From Eledone cirrhosa (taxonomy: Eukaryota): a DNA stretch of 64,000 bases. Shown here piece by piece: positions 41,173 to 55,768 of this stretch. The stretch spans positions 7,750,001 through 7,814,000 of the forward strand of contig OZ024750.1 in the NCBI GenBank assembly GCA_964016885.1, given 5' to 3'. The notes below the pieces were generated by a model. The model searched no databases. It had not been told where the DNA came from and saw nothing but the letters and a program-made list of their open reading frames with translations. Position 1 is the stretch's first letter. Each line of letters starts with the position of its first letter. Both the position numbers and the translations under genes were made by a program.

Positions 41173-43314
41173 TGTAACAATGATAATGTATATCGCTGAT
41201 TTTGCACACTAAAAAATGTAACTATCATTAACTGCATCCTTAAGAAATTAATTGCTTCACAGTTCGTAAAGAAAACTACTAATAGATCTGCTAAATAACA
41301 TAGGATACAACTAATTATAATGGTAGTTCAAAATGCAAAATATCGTTTAGCTGTATCACATTCATAACTCGCTATAAAGAAAACGACATGCTGTTCGTTA
41401 AAAAATGCACGAAAATCAACCTAGTATCCCTTCAAGTCTTTGTAATTGCACATATTGATTCATTAGAGTTTTGGGGCAGGCAGGAAATAGATTATGGAAA
41501 TTCAACTTCAAGAGTCATTATTAAGGTGCGAGGGGAAATTAGCAAAAATGGACACTCGCTCATGAGTCGAATGCAAACCTAATCTACTTTCTACATATTT
41601 ATATAGCAGATGAAATAGGTATGGAGGTATTTTGAAGACAAAACATCAAATTGTAATTTGTCTATAGAATAACAAACAAAACATACATAGCTGCAGGCAA
41701 TACTGTAGAAATTTGCCATATTTCAATCAGATAGAAATTATGATTTTATAACTCACTATGTATAATTTCCTTTTTCACCAAATAGAAAATAAATCATAGA
41801 AAATATATGAAAATACATATTTTCTTTCAATACTATATAATTGGTTTATCCAAATATTATTTGAATGGAGAATGTGACGTAGGTACAATGAGGCTTGGGA
41901 TGAAGCGATAATATATATATATATATATATATATATTATGTATATATATATATATATATATATATAGTATAGCTTTACGTATGTTGAGTATTTTAATATT
42001 CTGTTTATTTCGTATTTTCTAATTTTAGATAAGGGGTCATTTGACATTTTAATGTCACTTTCTTGAAATATTTTATTAACAAACAAATGTAACTCTTATA
42101 TCACTTGAAAATATTAAGCAAATCTTCTCTGCTGTATTACAAACTATTACCAGAAAATGAATAATAGTTGCAACTTTAATTTATAAAATAGATTTAGAAC
42201 GATTTTCACCCCATTTCTCTCACATTTTAGCGTTTAACGGAATATTTCTCTATGTATGCGAGACCAGAAAAAAAAACGTATTTGAATTGACAAAGAGTTA
42301 TTGATTTTTTACAATTACCATGTGCAGAACATAATATATGATTGGCGGAGTTCTTTTCTTTTTTAACTAATAGGAAAAAATCACCAAAGTTTATTGAAGA
42401 TGATGAGATTCATGTTGAAGGAAAAAATTCGTTTGAAACTCTCAAAACTCGAAAGAAAAACAGCGATGCTTAAAAATACGTCGCAAGAAAAAAAAAATCC
42501 GAATGTACATTTCTTTTGTTATTAAGAAATATGGTTTTAATATTTGTCTTTATAGAAAGATTCTAAGAAGCACAGTTACATATTTTTTTAACGATAACTT
42601 CTATATATAAGGATTCAGCTATATAAAGTTATATTGCTGGAAAATATTCCCGAATACTGAAAAAATAAAAAGCCGTTCTTTTCAACTAAGCGCAAAGGTA
42701 TAAATAATTTTTCTAAGGCCAGGTTTAATGGGACGGCAAGTAAAATCGATTTATTGGAAACTTGGTTCTTGGTTCTTTACACATAAGAATATAATTCTGG
42801 AAAGTTACGTTAGTGGAAAATATTCAGTAATACTGAGAAAATTGTTTAATTTTTATTTTTCACCTAAAAGATAAGTTATAAATAGATTTTCCAAGGTCGA
42901 TTTTAATGAAGTGGCAAACATGCTTGACTAATCGAAAGCTTGATACCTTGGTTGGAAACTTAGCAACATGCATGTATGTTCACATTCTTATATCATAATT
43001 TGGTTGGTTAGCGAACATGTTTATATATGTCTAAGATTTCTAGTATTTTGACTTTTCTTGACAGCTTTCCTTTTATTTTTTGTTTTACAGTTTTCAATCT
43101 ACGGTTACACCGGGTCATGACATTAAAGGAATTTAGTCAATCATATCGATCACAATACTTGTTTTAAAGTATTGACCTTATTTCGTCGACGTATCTTTGA
43201 CGAAGTTACAGAGGATAAACACAGACAAACACGCACATATGTAATATAATGCAAATACTTTCCGCCTGAATCTTCCAGCTGCGTATGCGCAATGATTATC
43301 TATGTGTCTGTCTA

Positions 43315-43530
43315 CCTCTCTATCTAGCCTACCTCTCTATCTAGCCTACCTCTCTATCTAGCCTACTTCTCTATCTAGCCTACCTCTCTATCTAGCCTAC
43401 TTCTCTATCTAGCCTACCTCTCTATCTAGCCTACTTCTCTATCTAGCCTACTTCTCTATCTAGCCTACTTCTCTATCTAGCCTCCTCTCTATCTAGCCTA
43501 CCTCTCTATCTAGCCTACCTCTCTATCTAT
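43315..43530. repeat. 17-bp minisatellite CTCTATCTAGCCTAC(C/T)T (~12 units)
   Basis: Directly visible. Confidence 0.95.
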
Positions 43531-43675
43531 CTAGTAGGGGTGTATATGAAAACATGTAGTATATGTTTATATACAATGAATTGTGTTACTGCCAATTTTA
43601 TTTGCTACTACTTTTTATACGCTTATAGACTAACACAATGCTTCAAGCAAGCTGCGACAGATTTATAGGTAGTTA

Positions 43676-43755
43676 TATTACCCACTCTACTACCCTAAAT
43701 ATTGAGTACTTTGGTGCGTTATGGTCCACCTGGTTCCTTATCACATTTCCTCCGT

Positions 43756-43756
<1 letters not shown>
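43676..43756 (+). mobile_element. Family A tail-only copy
   Basis: TATTACCCACTCTACTACCCTAAATATTGAGTAC...TCCGTT followed by (TA)n. Confidence 0.8.
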
Positions 43757-43843
<87 letters not shown>

Positions 43844-45129
43844 GGATAGATATTAATAAATAGATGTTGCACGAGTAATATAAATGTATATAATATATAC
43901 TATTTATATATACTATAATGATGGTGTCTAATTAAAGTGCTCCAGACGTAGACAAGAGCAGAATAAAAAAAATATATATGAATAGACATATGTACTTCGT
44001 AACATAGTATCTCTAGTACAAATTTAAATTATTCGACTGTAACCTCCCAATGTGGGATATAAAGTAACTAAGAAAATAATGAGATTATTTCGACAACTGT
44101 CAAATGTTATATTTAATAAGAGCAAAGAGCTCTACCAAGGAAAGTCCTACAACAGAGCATTTTAGTTTTAATTAGACTATGTTCCTGATGAACGTAGTCT
44201 AATAAATTCCGTTAATATTCATTATAATTTACATATTCTTTGTGGGAATTCTTGCAAACAAATATCATATTGATAACGTATTTTTATTGGATTTTTAAAA
44301 GAATATTGAATTACAGCCGAATTACATTATCTAATATTGATTGAACAGCTTGTGTAGTTTATGAAAAATATTTAACCCTTTCCTGAAGCATATAAGTGTG
44401 ACTCGTTTAAAGGGCAATGAAGTGGCAGAAACTATATACTGTCAGCCCATATGACTTATAACAATACATAAAAGCCACTGTACTCAATGTGGGAAAGATT
44501 AAAGAGGTTGAGTGTGCAATTTATAAAATACTATAAAAACAAATTATTTAATCTTTATTAATTTATGGTATTTACTTCTGGGAAACATGTTGTACATAGT
44601 AGTGTACAATTGCTGGTCATTTTCAAAGTAGACCCCCTATTTCTCTACGTGCGTAGCTGCTCAACAGCGACAGGCGTATTCAGCGAGCTCACAAAAGATA
44701 AACAAGCATGTGCATGTTTGTATATATACGAGTCTATTCTGCACACTAATCTAATTTCATTTCTACCAAAGGAAAGAAAATAAGTTGGATATAATTTCAA
44801 CAGACCTCGTAAGTCAGATATGTTGAAATGTCTTTGGTTAGGCTAGCAGATACTGGCTGTGATCAATTTAATCAATCCTAATTATTGACTTGTACATATA
44901 CCAAATCTGAGATGTTAACTTATAAAGGGACAAGAAATAAATACTGCAACCCGTTTTGTCTGAATGAATCATGAATCTGTTTTTTTTTTATTTCCTACTG
45001 CATGAGAAAGGTGCAGTGCCCATGACGATTTGCAGAGCCTCCTAGACCGATGGAATTGAGACCCTAAACTTTACACTTTAGTTGTTATAAATCACTATCT
45101 GTAGGAAGAGGAGTGAGATAATTCCAGAT

Positions 45130-45620
45130 TTGTCATCCATCCTCTTATTTTTTTGCTGATTGATTTGATCTCCTTTGAGGATAAATTGGAGATCTCTGTC
45201 GATGGAATCATTGTATATTTTGGTGTCAGGTGTCTAGGCTGCATGTAGATAACATTTTAGACTGGATACTTTAGGCTAGAATAAAAGTTATTATCTACGT
45301 AAGAATGGGTTTTGTAGAGCGTGAAGTCTAGTAGATCACTGTTGCATGTATGACAAGAAGAGTTGAAGACAGATCCGATTCATGGGGTTGCAAGATGTGA
45401 AAGTATGCGAGGAGCGCTTCATGAGCACAAACCACCATAATTCCACGGACTGAAAATTGATGACCCCACACATGAGAGACGAAGTTTGTATACTTAGAGT
45501 TCTGACAAGGGATCCCAGACACCAACAAACGTTTTGCTAATGTTGAAGATAACATTGTTTTCATCAAATTTGTCTAGGTGTGTAACATAGGAGAGAATGA
45601 CTCCAAGAGATCTGCACACA
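45130..45620 (-). mobile_element. Decayed CR1/Jockey-group LINE reverse-transcriptase fragment
   Basis: NISKTFVGVWD (DISKAFDRVWH-like), a degenerate PQGSVL region, and DLL...THSYVDN (YADD-like). Confidence 0.65.
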
Positions 45621-45745
45621 AGCCATGCTGGTCGTCGTAAAAGACTGAGGAAGCGTGAAGGAGGGAGAGAAAGAAAGAGGGAAGTAGGGCGAGTGAGAGA
45701 AAGACTCAAGGTGTTGGATAACGCCTCTATTATGGGCGGTGGATG

Positions 45746-45968
45746 CCGGTGGATTGGCAGTATCGGTAGAGGGTCGGACGCCATACTTTGCAGCATAGAG
45801 TTATGGCCTTTTATGATCTGAGTTCATTCAAATCCCACCGAGGTTAACTTTGCCTTTCATCCTTACGGGGTCGATAAGATAAAGTACCAGTAATCAACTG
45901 AGTTGATTTAATCGACTTTCCCCTCCCCCCGACATTGCTGGTCTTGTGCCTATATAAGGAACCATTAT
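45746..45968 (+). mobile_element. Same SINE family, full length
   Basis: Head, B-box, core and tail. Confidence 0.9.
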
Positions 45969-46652
45969 AATCTGTTTCCAAAATCTTTAGTATATTGGAA
46001 ATGAGAGCAACAGGACGATATTTGACAAGGTCAGAGGGAAGTTTTCAAATTCAGCGTGCTTTTAAAGATCAGTTTATATCAGTTTCGAGATGGAGGGATT
46101 GATGAGTACTGTGAGCATAAGGGACTCTTTCTGTAACGCATTGTTTGAGGATAAATGTTACTAAATTGAAGATAAATAACTGTAGTTGCTGTTAGAAAAT
46201 ATTGTCACTTGTTTCAAAATTGGATAAAGGTGAAGTGTTTATATTATAAGAGCACATTAAGCATCTGTTATGTACTGAATTATATTAACGAAGAATGGAA
46301 CTACTACTTATCTTTTTTTTACCGGAGAAATATGAAGGACACCATTGAGCTAGGGAGGATTTAAACATGGACACCCCCAGTAAAATTTCTTCACACTTTT
46401 CACGATAATGATAATCATCATTAATAAAGAAGATATCTAAATAAAAAGGCGTTGTTCTTCTTAATTAAAGTGGAATGTAATAGTTTAGCGCTCGTCCTTA
46501 ACAGACAACCTGGATGGAAAATCTAAGAGTAGGATTAGCTGTGTAAAATATTGAAATATATATATATATAAATATGTATATATATATATAAATATATATA
46601 TATAAATATATATATATATAAATATGTATATATATATATATATATACATATG

Positions 46653-46686
<34 letters not shown>

Positions 46687-46751
46687 TATAAATATGTATA
46701 TATATATATAAATATGTATATATATATATAAATATATATGTATATATATGT

Positions 46752-46796
<45 letters not shown>

Positions 46797-46813
46797 TATA
46801 TGTATATATATGT

Positions 46814-46866
<53 letters not shown>

Positions 46867-46887
46867 AATATATATGTATATATATGT

Positions 46888-46996
<109 letters not shown>

Positions 46997-47181
46997 AATA
47001 TATATGTATATATATGTATATATATATATAAATATATATGTATATATATGTATATATATATATAAATATATATATGTATATATATGTATATATATATATA
47101 AATATATATGTATATATATGTATATATATATATAAATATATATATGTATATATATATATAAATATATATGTATATATATGT

Positions 47182-47215
<34 letters not shown>

Positions 47216-47227
47216 GTATATATATGT

Positions 47228-47261
<34 letters not shown>

Positions 47262-47333
47262 GCATATATATGTATATATATATATAAATATATATGTATA
47301 TATATGTATATATATATATAAATATATATATGT

Positions 47334-47418
<85 letters not shown>

Positions 47419-47603
47419 AATATATATGTATATATATGTATATATATATATAAATATATATGTATATATATGTATATATATATATAAATATATATATGTA
47501 TATATATGTATATATATATATAAATATATATGTATATATATGTATATATATATATAAATATATATATGTATATATATATATAAATATATATGTATATATA
47601 TGT

Positions 47604-47637
<34 letters not shown>

Positions 47638-47649
47638 GTATATATATGT

Positions 47650-47683
<34 letters not shown>

Positions 47684-47779
47684 GTATATATATGTATATA
47701 TATATATAAATATATATATGTATATATATATAAATATATATATGTATATATATATATAAATATATATGTATATATATGT

Positions 47780-47838
<59 letters not shown>

Positions 47839-47925
47839 AATATATATATATATGTATATATATGTATATATATATATAAATATATATATGTATATATATA
47901 TATAAATATATATGTATATATATGT

Positions 47926-48088
<163 letters not shown>

Positions 48089-48176
48089 AATATATATGTA
48101 TATATATATATAAATATATATATATAAATATATATGTATATATATATATAAATATATATATATAAATATATATATA

Positions 48177-48216
<40 letters not shown>

Positions 48217-48605
48217 AATATATATGTATATATATATATAAATATATATATATAAATATATATGTATATATATATATAAATATATATATATAAATATATA
48301 TGTATATAAATATATATAAATATATATGTATATATATGTATATATATATATATATATAAATATATATGTATATATATGTATATATATATATATATATAAA
48401 TATATATGTATATATATGTATATATATATATATATATAAATATATATGTATATATATGTATATATATATATATATATATAAATATATATGTATATATATG
48501 TATATATATATATATATATAAATATATATGTATATATATGTATATATATATATATATATAAATATATATATATAAATATGTATATATATCTATATATATA
48601 TATAA

Positions 48606-48930
48606 AGGAGGAGGTTATAGTTCACTTGAAGCGTTGTGTAATGAGGTATAAAGGTTTGAATATGTATAATAAAGCCAAAACAATGCAGGTATGGACATAG
48701 AAAAAAGAATGCAATTGCAAAAGATATTGTTGACAATTCGTCTTTTACCTTAGATTTATTTAAATGTCCTTAATTTTCGAGATAATATCTCTTCTTCAGA
48801 GGGAAATAAAGGTCTCAAACCAGCGTTCTAACTAGCGTTTTAACTCTTTGACATTAGAGATAGAACAGATACTCGATACTATTTCCTGTCAGCATGGCTT
48901 GGCAAGCTAGTTAGAACGCTGGTTTGAGAC
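48606..48930 (-). mobile_element. Family B PLE-like element with 5' inversion
   Basis: Homologous to 9676-9925. The distal part is inverted, leaving a 25-bp IR at 48812-48836 and 48906-48930. It sits inside a TA-rich satellite. Confidence 0.85.
48768..48802 (-). ncRNA. Minimal type-I hammerhead motif (family B)
   Basis: Minus strand: CCU-CUGAAGA-A-GAGAU(AUU)AUCUC-GAAA-AU-UA-AGG, followed by AAUAAA. Stem III is the loop-less palindrome AAUU, like the minimal hammerheads described in PLEs. Confidence 0.75.
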
Positions 48931-50315
48931 ATATATATATACATATATATATAAATTTATACATATATATATAAATATATACATATATATATAAATATAT
49001 ACATATATATGTATATATATATAAATATATGTATATATATATATATAAATATATGTATATATATATATATAAATATATGTATATATATATATAAATATAT
49101 ACATATATATATAAATATATACATATATATGTATATATATATAAATATATGTATATATATATATATAAATATATTATATATATATATAAATATATGTATA
49201 TATATATATATAAATATATACATATATATATAAATATATACATATATATGTATATATATATAAATATATGTATATATATATATAAATATATTATATATAT
49301 ATATAAATATATGTATATATATATATATAAATATATACATATATATATAAATATATACATATATACGTATATATATATATAAATATATACATATATAAGT
49401 ATATATATATAAATATATACATATATATGTATATATATATAAATATATACATATATATGTATATATATATATAAATATATACATATATATATATATATAA
49501 ATATATACATATATATATATATAAATATATACATATATATGTATATATATATAAATATATGTATATATATATAAATAAATACATATATATATAAATAAAT
49601 ACATATATATATAAATATATACATATATATATATAAATATCTACATATATATATATATAAATATCTACATATATATATATATAAATATATACATATATAT
49701 ATAAATATATACATATATATATATATATATATAAATATATACATATATATATAAATATATACATATATATATAAATATATATAAATATATGTATATATAT
49801 ATAAATATATACATATATATATAAATATATACGTATATATATATATAAATATATACATATATATCTGTATAAATATATATAAATATATATATAAATATAT
49901 ATAAATATATATAAATATATATATAAATATATATAAATATATATATAAATATATATATAAATATATATAAATATATATATAAATATATATAAATATATAT
50001 GTATATATATAAATATATATGTATATATATAAATATATATAAATATATATGTATATATATAAATATATACATATATATGTATATATATAAATATATACAT
50101 ATATATGTATATATATAAATATATACATATATATGTATATATATAAATATATACATATATATGTATATATATAAATATATACATATATATGTATATATAT
50201 AAATATATACATATATATGTATATATATAAATATATATAAATATATACATATATATATATATAAATATATATGTATATATATAAATATATATATATATAT
50301 ATAAATATATATATA

Positions 50316-50381
<66 letters not shown>

Positions 50382-50387
50382 CATATA

Positions 50388-50447
<60 letters not shown>

Positions 50448-50448
50448 C

Positions 50449-50517
<69 letters not shown>

Positions 50518-50527
50518 AATATATACA

Positions 50528-50639
<112 letters not shown>

Positions 50640-50644
50640 TATAC

Positions 50645-50697
<53 letters not shown>

Positions 50698-50706
50698 AAT
50701 ATATAC

Positions 50707-50763
<57 letters not shown>

Positions 50764-50768
50764 TATAC

Positions 50769-50829
<61 letters not shown>

Positions 50830-50830
50830 A

Positions 50831-50889
<59 letters not shown>

Positions 50890-50928
50890 AATATATACAT
50901 ATATATACATATATATATAAATATATAC

Positions 50929-50961
<33 letters not shown>

Positions 50962-51664
50962 CATATATATATAAATATATACATATATATATACATATAT
51001 ATATAAATATATATATATATACATATATGCATATAATATAAATTTGTATATGTTTAATATTTTGAAGGGGATAGCAGAATATAAATGAAGTCAAGTGGAA
51101 TAATTTGGCTTCTATAACTTACAATCACGGCTTGCCTGACTCTTACCTACAGGTCTGTGATACTTGCCTAGGTTAACATTAGATATTAATCGTTTATTAA
51201 ACGTTAGTTTCGTAAAGAATAACAAATGAAGAAAAATCAACCTAGTATATACTCAGAACCTAAAACACCTGTTTTGAAAGTTTTCTTACATTTTATTCTT
51301 TTTTGATATTTATTTGCTTCTTGATATGCTTTATTGATTTTTATTTCAGGCATTCAGTAATGTTAGAAAAAACGGGCTTGCATTTCTAAAGATTTGTTGA
51401 TATTTCTATAGCTTCTTTGATATTTTCATGATTGTCAAATGATGAGAAACAGTGAAACTACTATTTCTATGCAATCTTACTTTCTTTCCTTTTATTTTTC
51501 TCTAGATTTTTTCTTCTTCTCTTATCTTTTTCGTTGTGTTTATGACTCCTTCTTTCTCTCACTCTATTCCTTCCCTTCTACCTTTTGTATCTATTTTATT
51601 TTCCTATTAGTCTATTCCTTTCTCGGCTGCGCTCTAGATTTCTCTCCATCTTTCATGTATCAAT

Positions 51665-51905
51665 ATCTCCATCACTGTTTTCCTTTCTATGTATATCTAT
51701 CTACTGCATTATTTGCGTCTTTCCCATCACTGCCTTCCTTTCTATATATATATCTATCTACTGCATTATTTGTGTCTTTCCCATCACTGCCTTCCTTTCT
51801 ATATATATATATATATATCTACTGCATTATTTGTGTCTTTCCCATCACTGCCTTCCTTTCTATATATATATATATATCTATCTACTGCATTATTTGCGTC
51901 TTTCA
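51665..51905. repeat. ~60-bp minisatellite with a variable internal (TA)n (~4 units)
   Basis: CTACTGCATTATTTG(T/C)GTCTTTCCCATCACTGCCTTCCTTTC repeated. Confidence 0.9.
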
Positions 51906-52165
51906 TACAATGCTATTTACCTAATTTTTAGTATCATCTCATAGTATTATTCTTCCTTAAATTTATCTCCTTAAATTAATCTCTTGTGAATCTCGTATTC
52001 TATATTTCAATTCCACTCTTCCTTTCTCATCATTACACAATCTTCTCTGATTTTCTCCTATCTACACAACCTACACAATCTGTTAAATAATGCAGCTAAT
52101 TTTTTGAATAAAAGGGTCGAGGAGTCGCAAGACGCCGCAGTGTTCCGTATACGTAAAAAGTGTAG

Positions 52166-52352
52166 GCGGCTTTGGCAGTATCGGTAGAGGGTCGGACGCC
52201 ATGCTTTGAAGCATAGAGTTACGGCCCTTGCTATTCTGAGTTCAAATCACGCCGAGGTTAACTTTGCCTTTCAACCTTACGGGGTCGATAAAATAAAGTA
52301 CCAGTAATGTCTGGGTAATTGCTGGCCTTGTGCCAATAGTAGAAACAATTAT
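52166..52352 (+). mobile_element. Same SINE family, full length
   Basis: Head, B-box, core and tail. Confidence 0.9.
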
Positions 52353-52469
52353 ATTCCTCTGTTCGATGAATTGATTGATATCATTCTATATGTGACTTTT
52401 AAAATAGCAAACTTCGTGGGTGGAACTTCGTAGACTGGAAAAGTGCGTTGTGTGTGTGTTTTTTTGTAT

Positions 52470-52528
<59 letters not shown>

Positions 52529-52582
52529 AACCTGTAGAGCAAATATTTATAATAAGAACAGATTATATATATATATATATAT

Positions 52583-52658
52583 GGTGTACCAAAAAATGTA
52601 TACATACTTCAACAGCATTCTAATAAATATATGTATACATGTTTTCGGGGGGACACCC
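52583..52658. mobile_element. Possible Tc1/mariner-type mini-MITE in TA
   Basis: Imperfect TIRs GGTGTACCAAAAAATGTATACA ... TGTATACATGTTTTCGGGGGGACACC. Confidence 0.4.
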
Positions 52659-52659
52659 A

Positions 52660-53652
52660 ATTCAGACAAAAGGCCAACATTTTGTGGTGATGAAAACATT
52701 CATTATATCGGCCCCAATACGTGACTGGTCTTTTATCAACTCTGAAAGGATGAAAGCCAAATTTGACCCCAGCGCGTCTTGAACACTGGACAAAAAGCGC
52801 CATAACTAAATGCCACAAAGAATTTTGTCTGACGTTCTATCGATTCTGCTAAAACCCCGCCCTATTTAATTACAAGAGTGGAACAGAATGTTTACAATTA
52901 GATACATTGTTTCGCCTCTTATTCAAAATAAATGTTCGTTTCTATTTAAATATAACAAAGAAAAAAATGATAAACATTTAATGAAAACGAAGCTTATAAA
53001 GTTCTATATCCTAATTTATAGATAAGTAAGCAGCACGGTCGAATATGGTATTGTAGGCAAGCTATGTTTGGGGGAGGGGGAAAGTCGATTAAATCGACCC
53101 CAGTGTATTACTGGTACTTCATTTTATCGAATACGTACGGATGAAAGGCACAGCTATCCTCGGCATGATTTGAACTCGGGTCGTAAAGGAGCGTAACTCT
53201 ATGCTGCAAAGCATGGCGTCTGCCCCTCTACCAACGCCAACAATTTTGGCAGAAGGGAAAGTTGATTAAATCGACCTTAGTGCATCACTGGTACTCTATC
53301 TTATAAACCTCCGTCAGGATGAAAGGAAAAGCTAACCTCGGCGTGATCTGAACTCGGGTCGTTAAGGGGCGTAACCCTATTCCACATAGCATGTTATCAG
53401 ACGCTCTGCTAATTCTACTGCTACTCCACTGTCCTCGTGTTTACTTAATATTATTTCTACTTTAGGCACAAGGCCAGGAATTTGAAGGGGAGGGGAAAGT
53501 CGATTAAATCGACCCCAGTGTATTACTGGTACTTTATTTTATCGACCCGTAAGGATGAAGGGTAGAGTTAACCTCGACAGGTTTTGAACTCGGAACATAA
53601 AGGGCCGTAACTCTCTGTCCGATGCTCTACCGATACTGCTATTCCACCACCC
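52660..53652 (-). mobile_element. Cluster of four SINE copies
   Basis: Copies at ~52660-52862 (old), 53065-53235, 53236-53430 and 53448-53652. Confidence 0.85.
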
Positions 53653-55734
53653 TCATGTCTACTTAATATTAAAAACATTTCCTCTTTGCAGCTCTTTATA
53701 TTTTAATTTATTTTATTTCAATTTTTCCTTTACTTTTATCATTATATTTCCATTATGTTTTTCTTTATATTTTCGTTCACTTTTCCATTATTTTCTCATT
53801 TTCCTTTAACTTTCCATTATTATTCCTAACATTTTTCCATTATTATTCCTTTTAATTCTATTCGATTTTTAACTAGGCTTCATTGTAATCCTTTACTTTA
53901 ATTACGTCATTTTCTAATTCTGTATTAGTTGATGAGAAGCTAGCAGTAGAAAGTATTCATATTATCCTGAGCTGGTTATTTATTTTAAGCCTCTGCAGTG
54001 GGAATAGATAGGAGTGCTCAATAAGGGGGGTTTACATATAAAAGCCAACATGTTGAGTGAATATATTTCAATGAGTAAAATATTTTGATGTCCGTTCATA
54101 GCGAAAGGTCTGTAATATTTCTTTTATCAAAATCAAAAATCTATTCTATCTGTCGCGATCTGGGGCTATATAACATCAATAGCGACGCATGTTAGCTGTT
54201 CTTTCGTATATCTGAAAGCAGGAGAATATGCTTTGTGTGAATTCTACTGATGTTATATGTATGATTTAAGTACTTTGTGAACTATTCTTTTATGCTCTTT
54301 AATCGAAGAAGGCAGTAACAAACGTAGGTTAAAATATCAAATAGGTGGAGAGTTCAACGAGTGTAGAGGCTTGTGAAGTATGAAATATAGTCACTAGAGA
54401 GGAAGTATGTCTCATATGATTTTTAACATATCCTACATTGGCCTTTGTACATGATATTCACTTTATATAGTAATGAATTCTGTCGATTAGCAAATAAGTG
54501 TTTCAAGGGAATGGATGCGATTATTATGAAACAAAGGCATATGAGGTGAAAGAGCAGGCTATGCTTTAAACAAAATTATCTTTAAAATAAAAGGAAGTAT
54601 GACAGTACTGAAATTTTGTCTCTGGTACTTATAAATATGTATTTTCCACGTCTATTGACACATGAAATAATTCATACAAGCTTGTTGAATTAAACGTTAT
54701 TTTTATCTGTAAATATGTTTCGTTTTGGAATATACTCACATGTATATTGGAGAGGAAAGTAAAGGTGTGACATTCATTTCATTTCTAAGGTTATTAGCAC
54801 CGTGAGTTGTACGATATGATTTAGAGCTGGATATTGCAAAATTCGTTGCAGTTTCTGCTTATCAAGAGCTAACATCTTATGACAGGAATTTCCCTACCTA
54901 AATATTCATTAAAAAATAGTGTTGACAAGAAGCTATAAAATGTCTTCCTGACATCAACCACTTCACCAGCGATCGCTTCATTATTTAGTATGTTTTCCAG
55001 ATAAACGATGAAACTGAACAGGGAATATGTGCGCCAGATTAAGATATATTATGATGTATTGCTGATTTTCATAATGGTTTTTACATGTAGGAATTCTTAC
55101 TACAATTATGTGTAACTTCTATCTTGTGGTGCTGCAAGACAACATGCTTTTCCAACTATCCAATCCAATCTTTACTTCAATTAGATTATCATTTTGGAAA
55201 ACCTCTTTCTTGATCTCAAGCATATCATTGAAGGTAAGTTTTTTCCGCTGCAGTTTTCCTCCTAAATGAGCATGAAGTCTAGTGCTATACGACGCTCTCA
55301 GTCAATTATTTTTATACTTAACCTAGTATATTTTTTGACCTTCCTTGCAAGTAGGGCATAGAAAGTTGTTATTGCAAATTTAATGTGGGATAGCTTTGTC
55401 AGGCATAACGTGACTGTTATTTTCTTCATCGTGTGACCGTATGACCAATACAATGAAAATATAGTTGATGTATCGTTTCCTGTTATTTATTAGTTTTATT
55501 TTCAATATTCAGATCTTGCAAGCTCCTCAGATATTTAGAATTAAATGAACTATTTAATTTGTTAGGGATACCATTGTTAATCACAACATTTTAATCTTAA
55601 AATCGTACTTATATTTTTAATAAGACGACGGATGCCAGACACAGAAAGATTACATATATATACATTGCAAAAATTTATATATTTTTTTGTTCGGTTAATT
55701 GGATCACCGAAAGTTCTAGGTGGCTTCATTTGTG

Positions 55735-55768
<34 letters not shown>

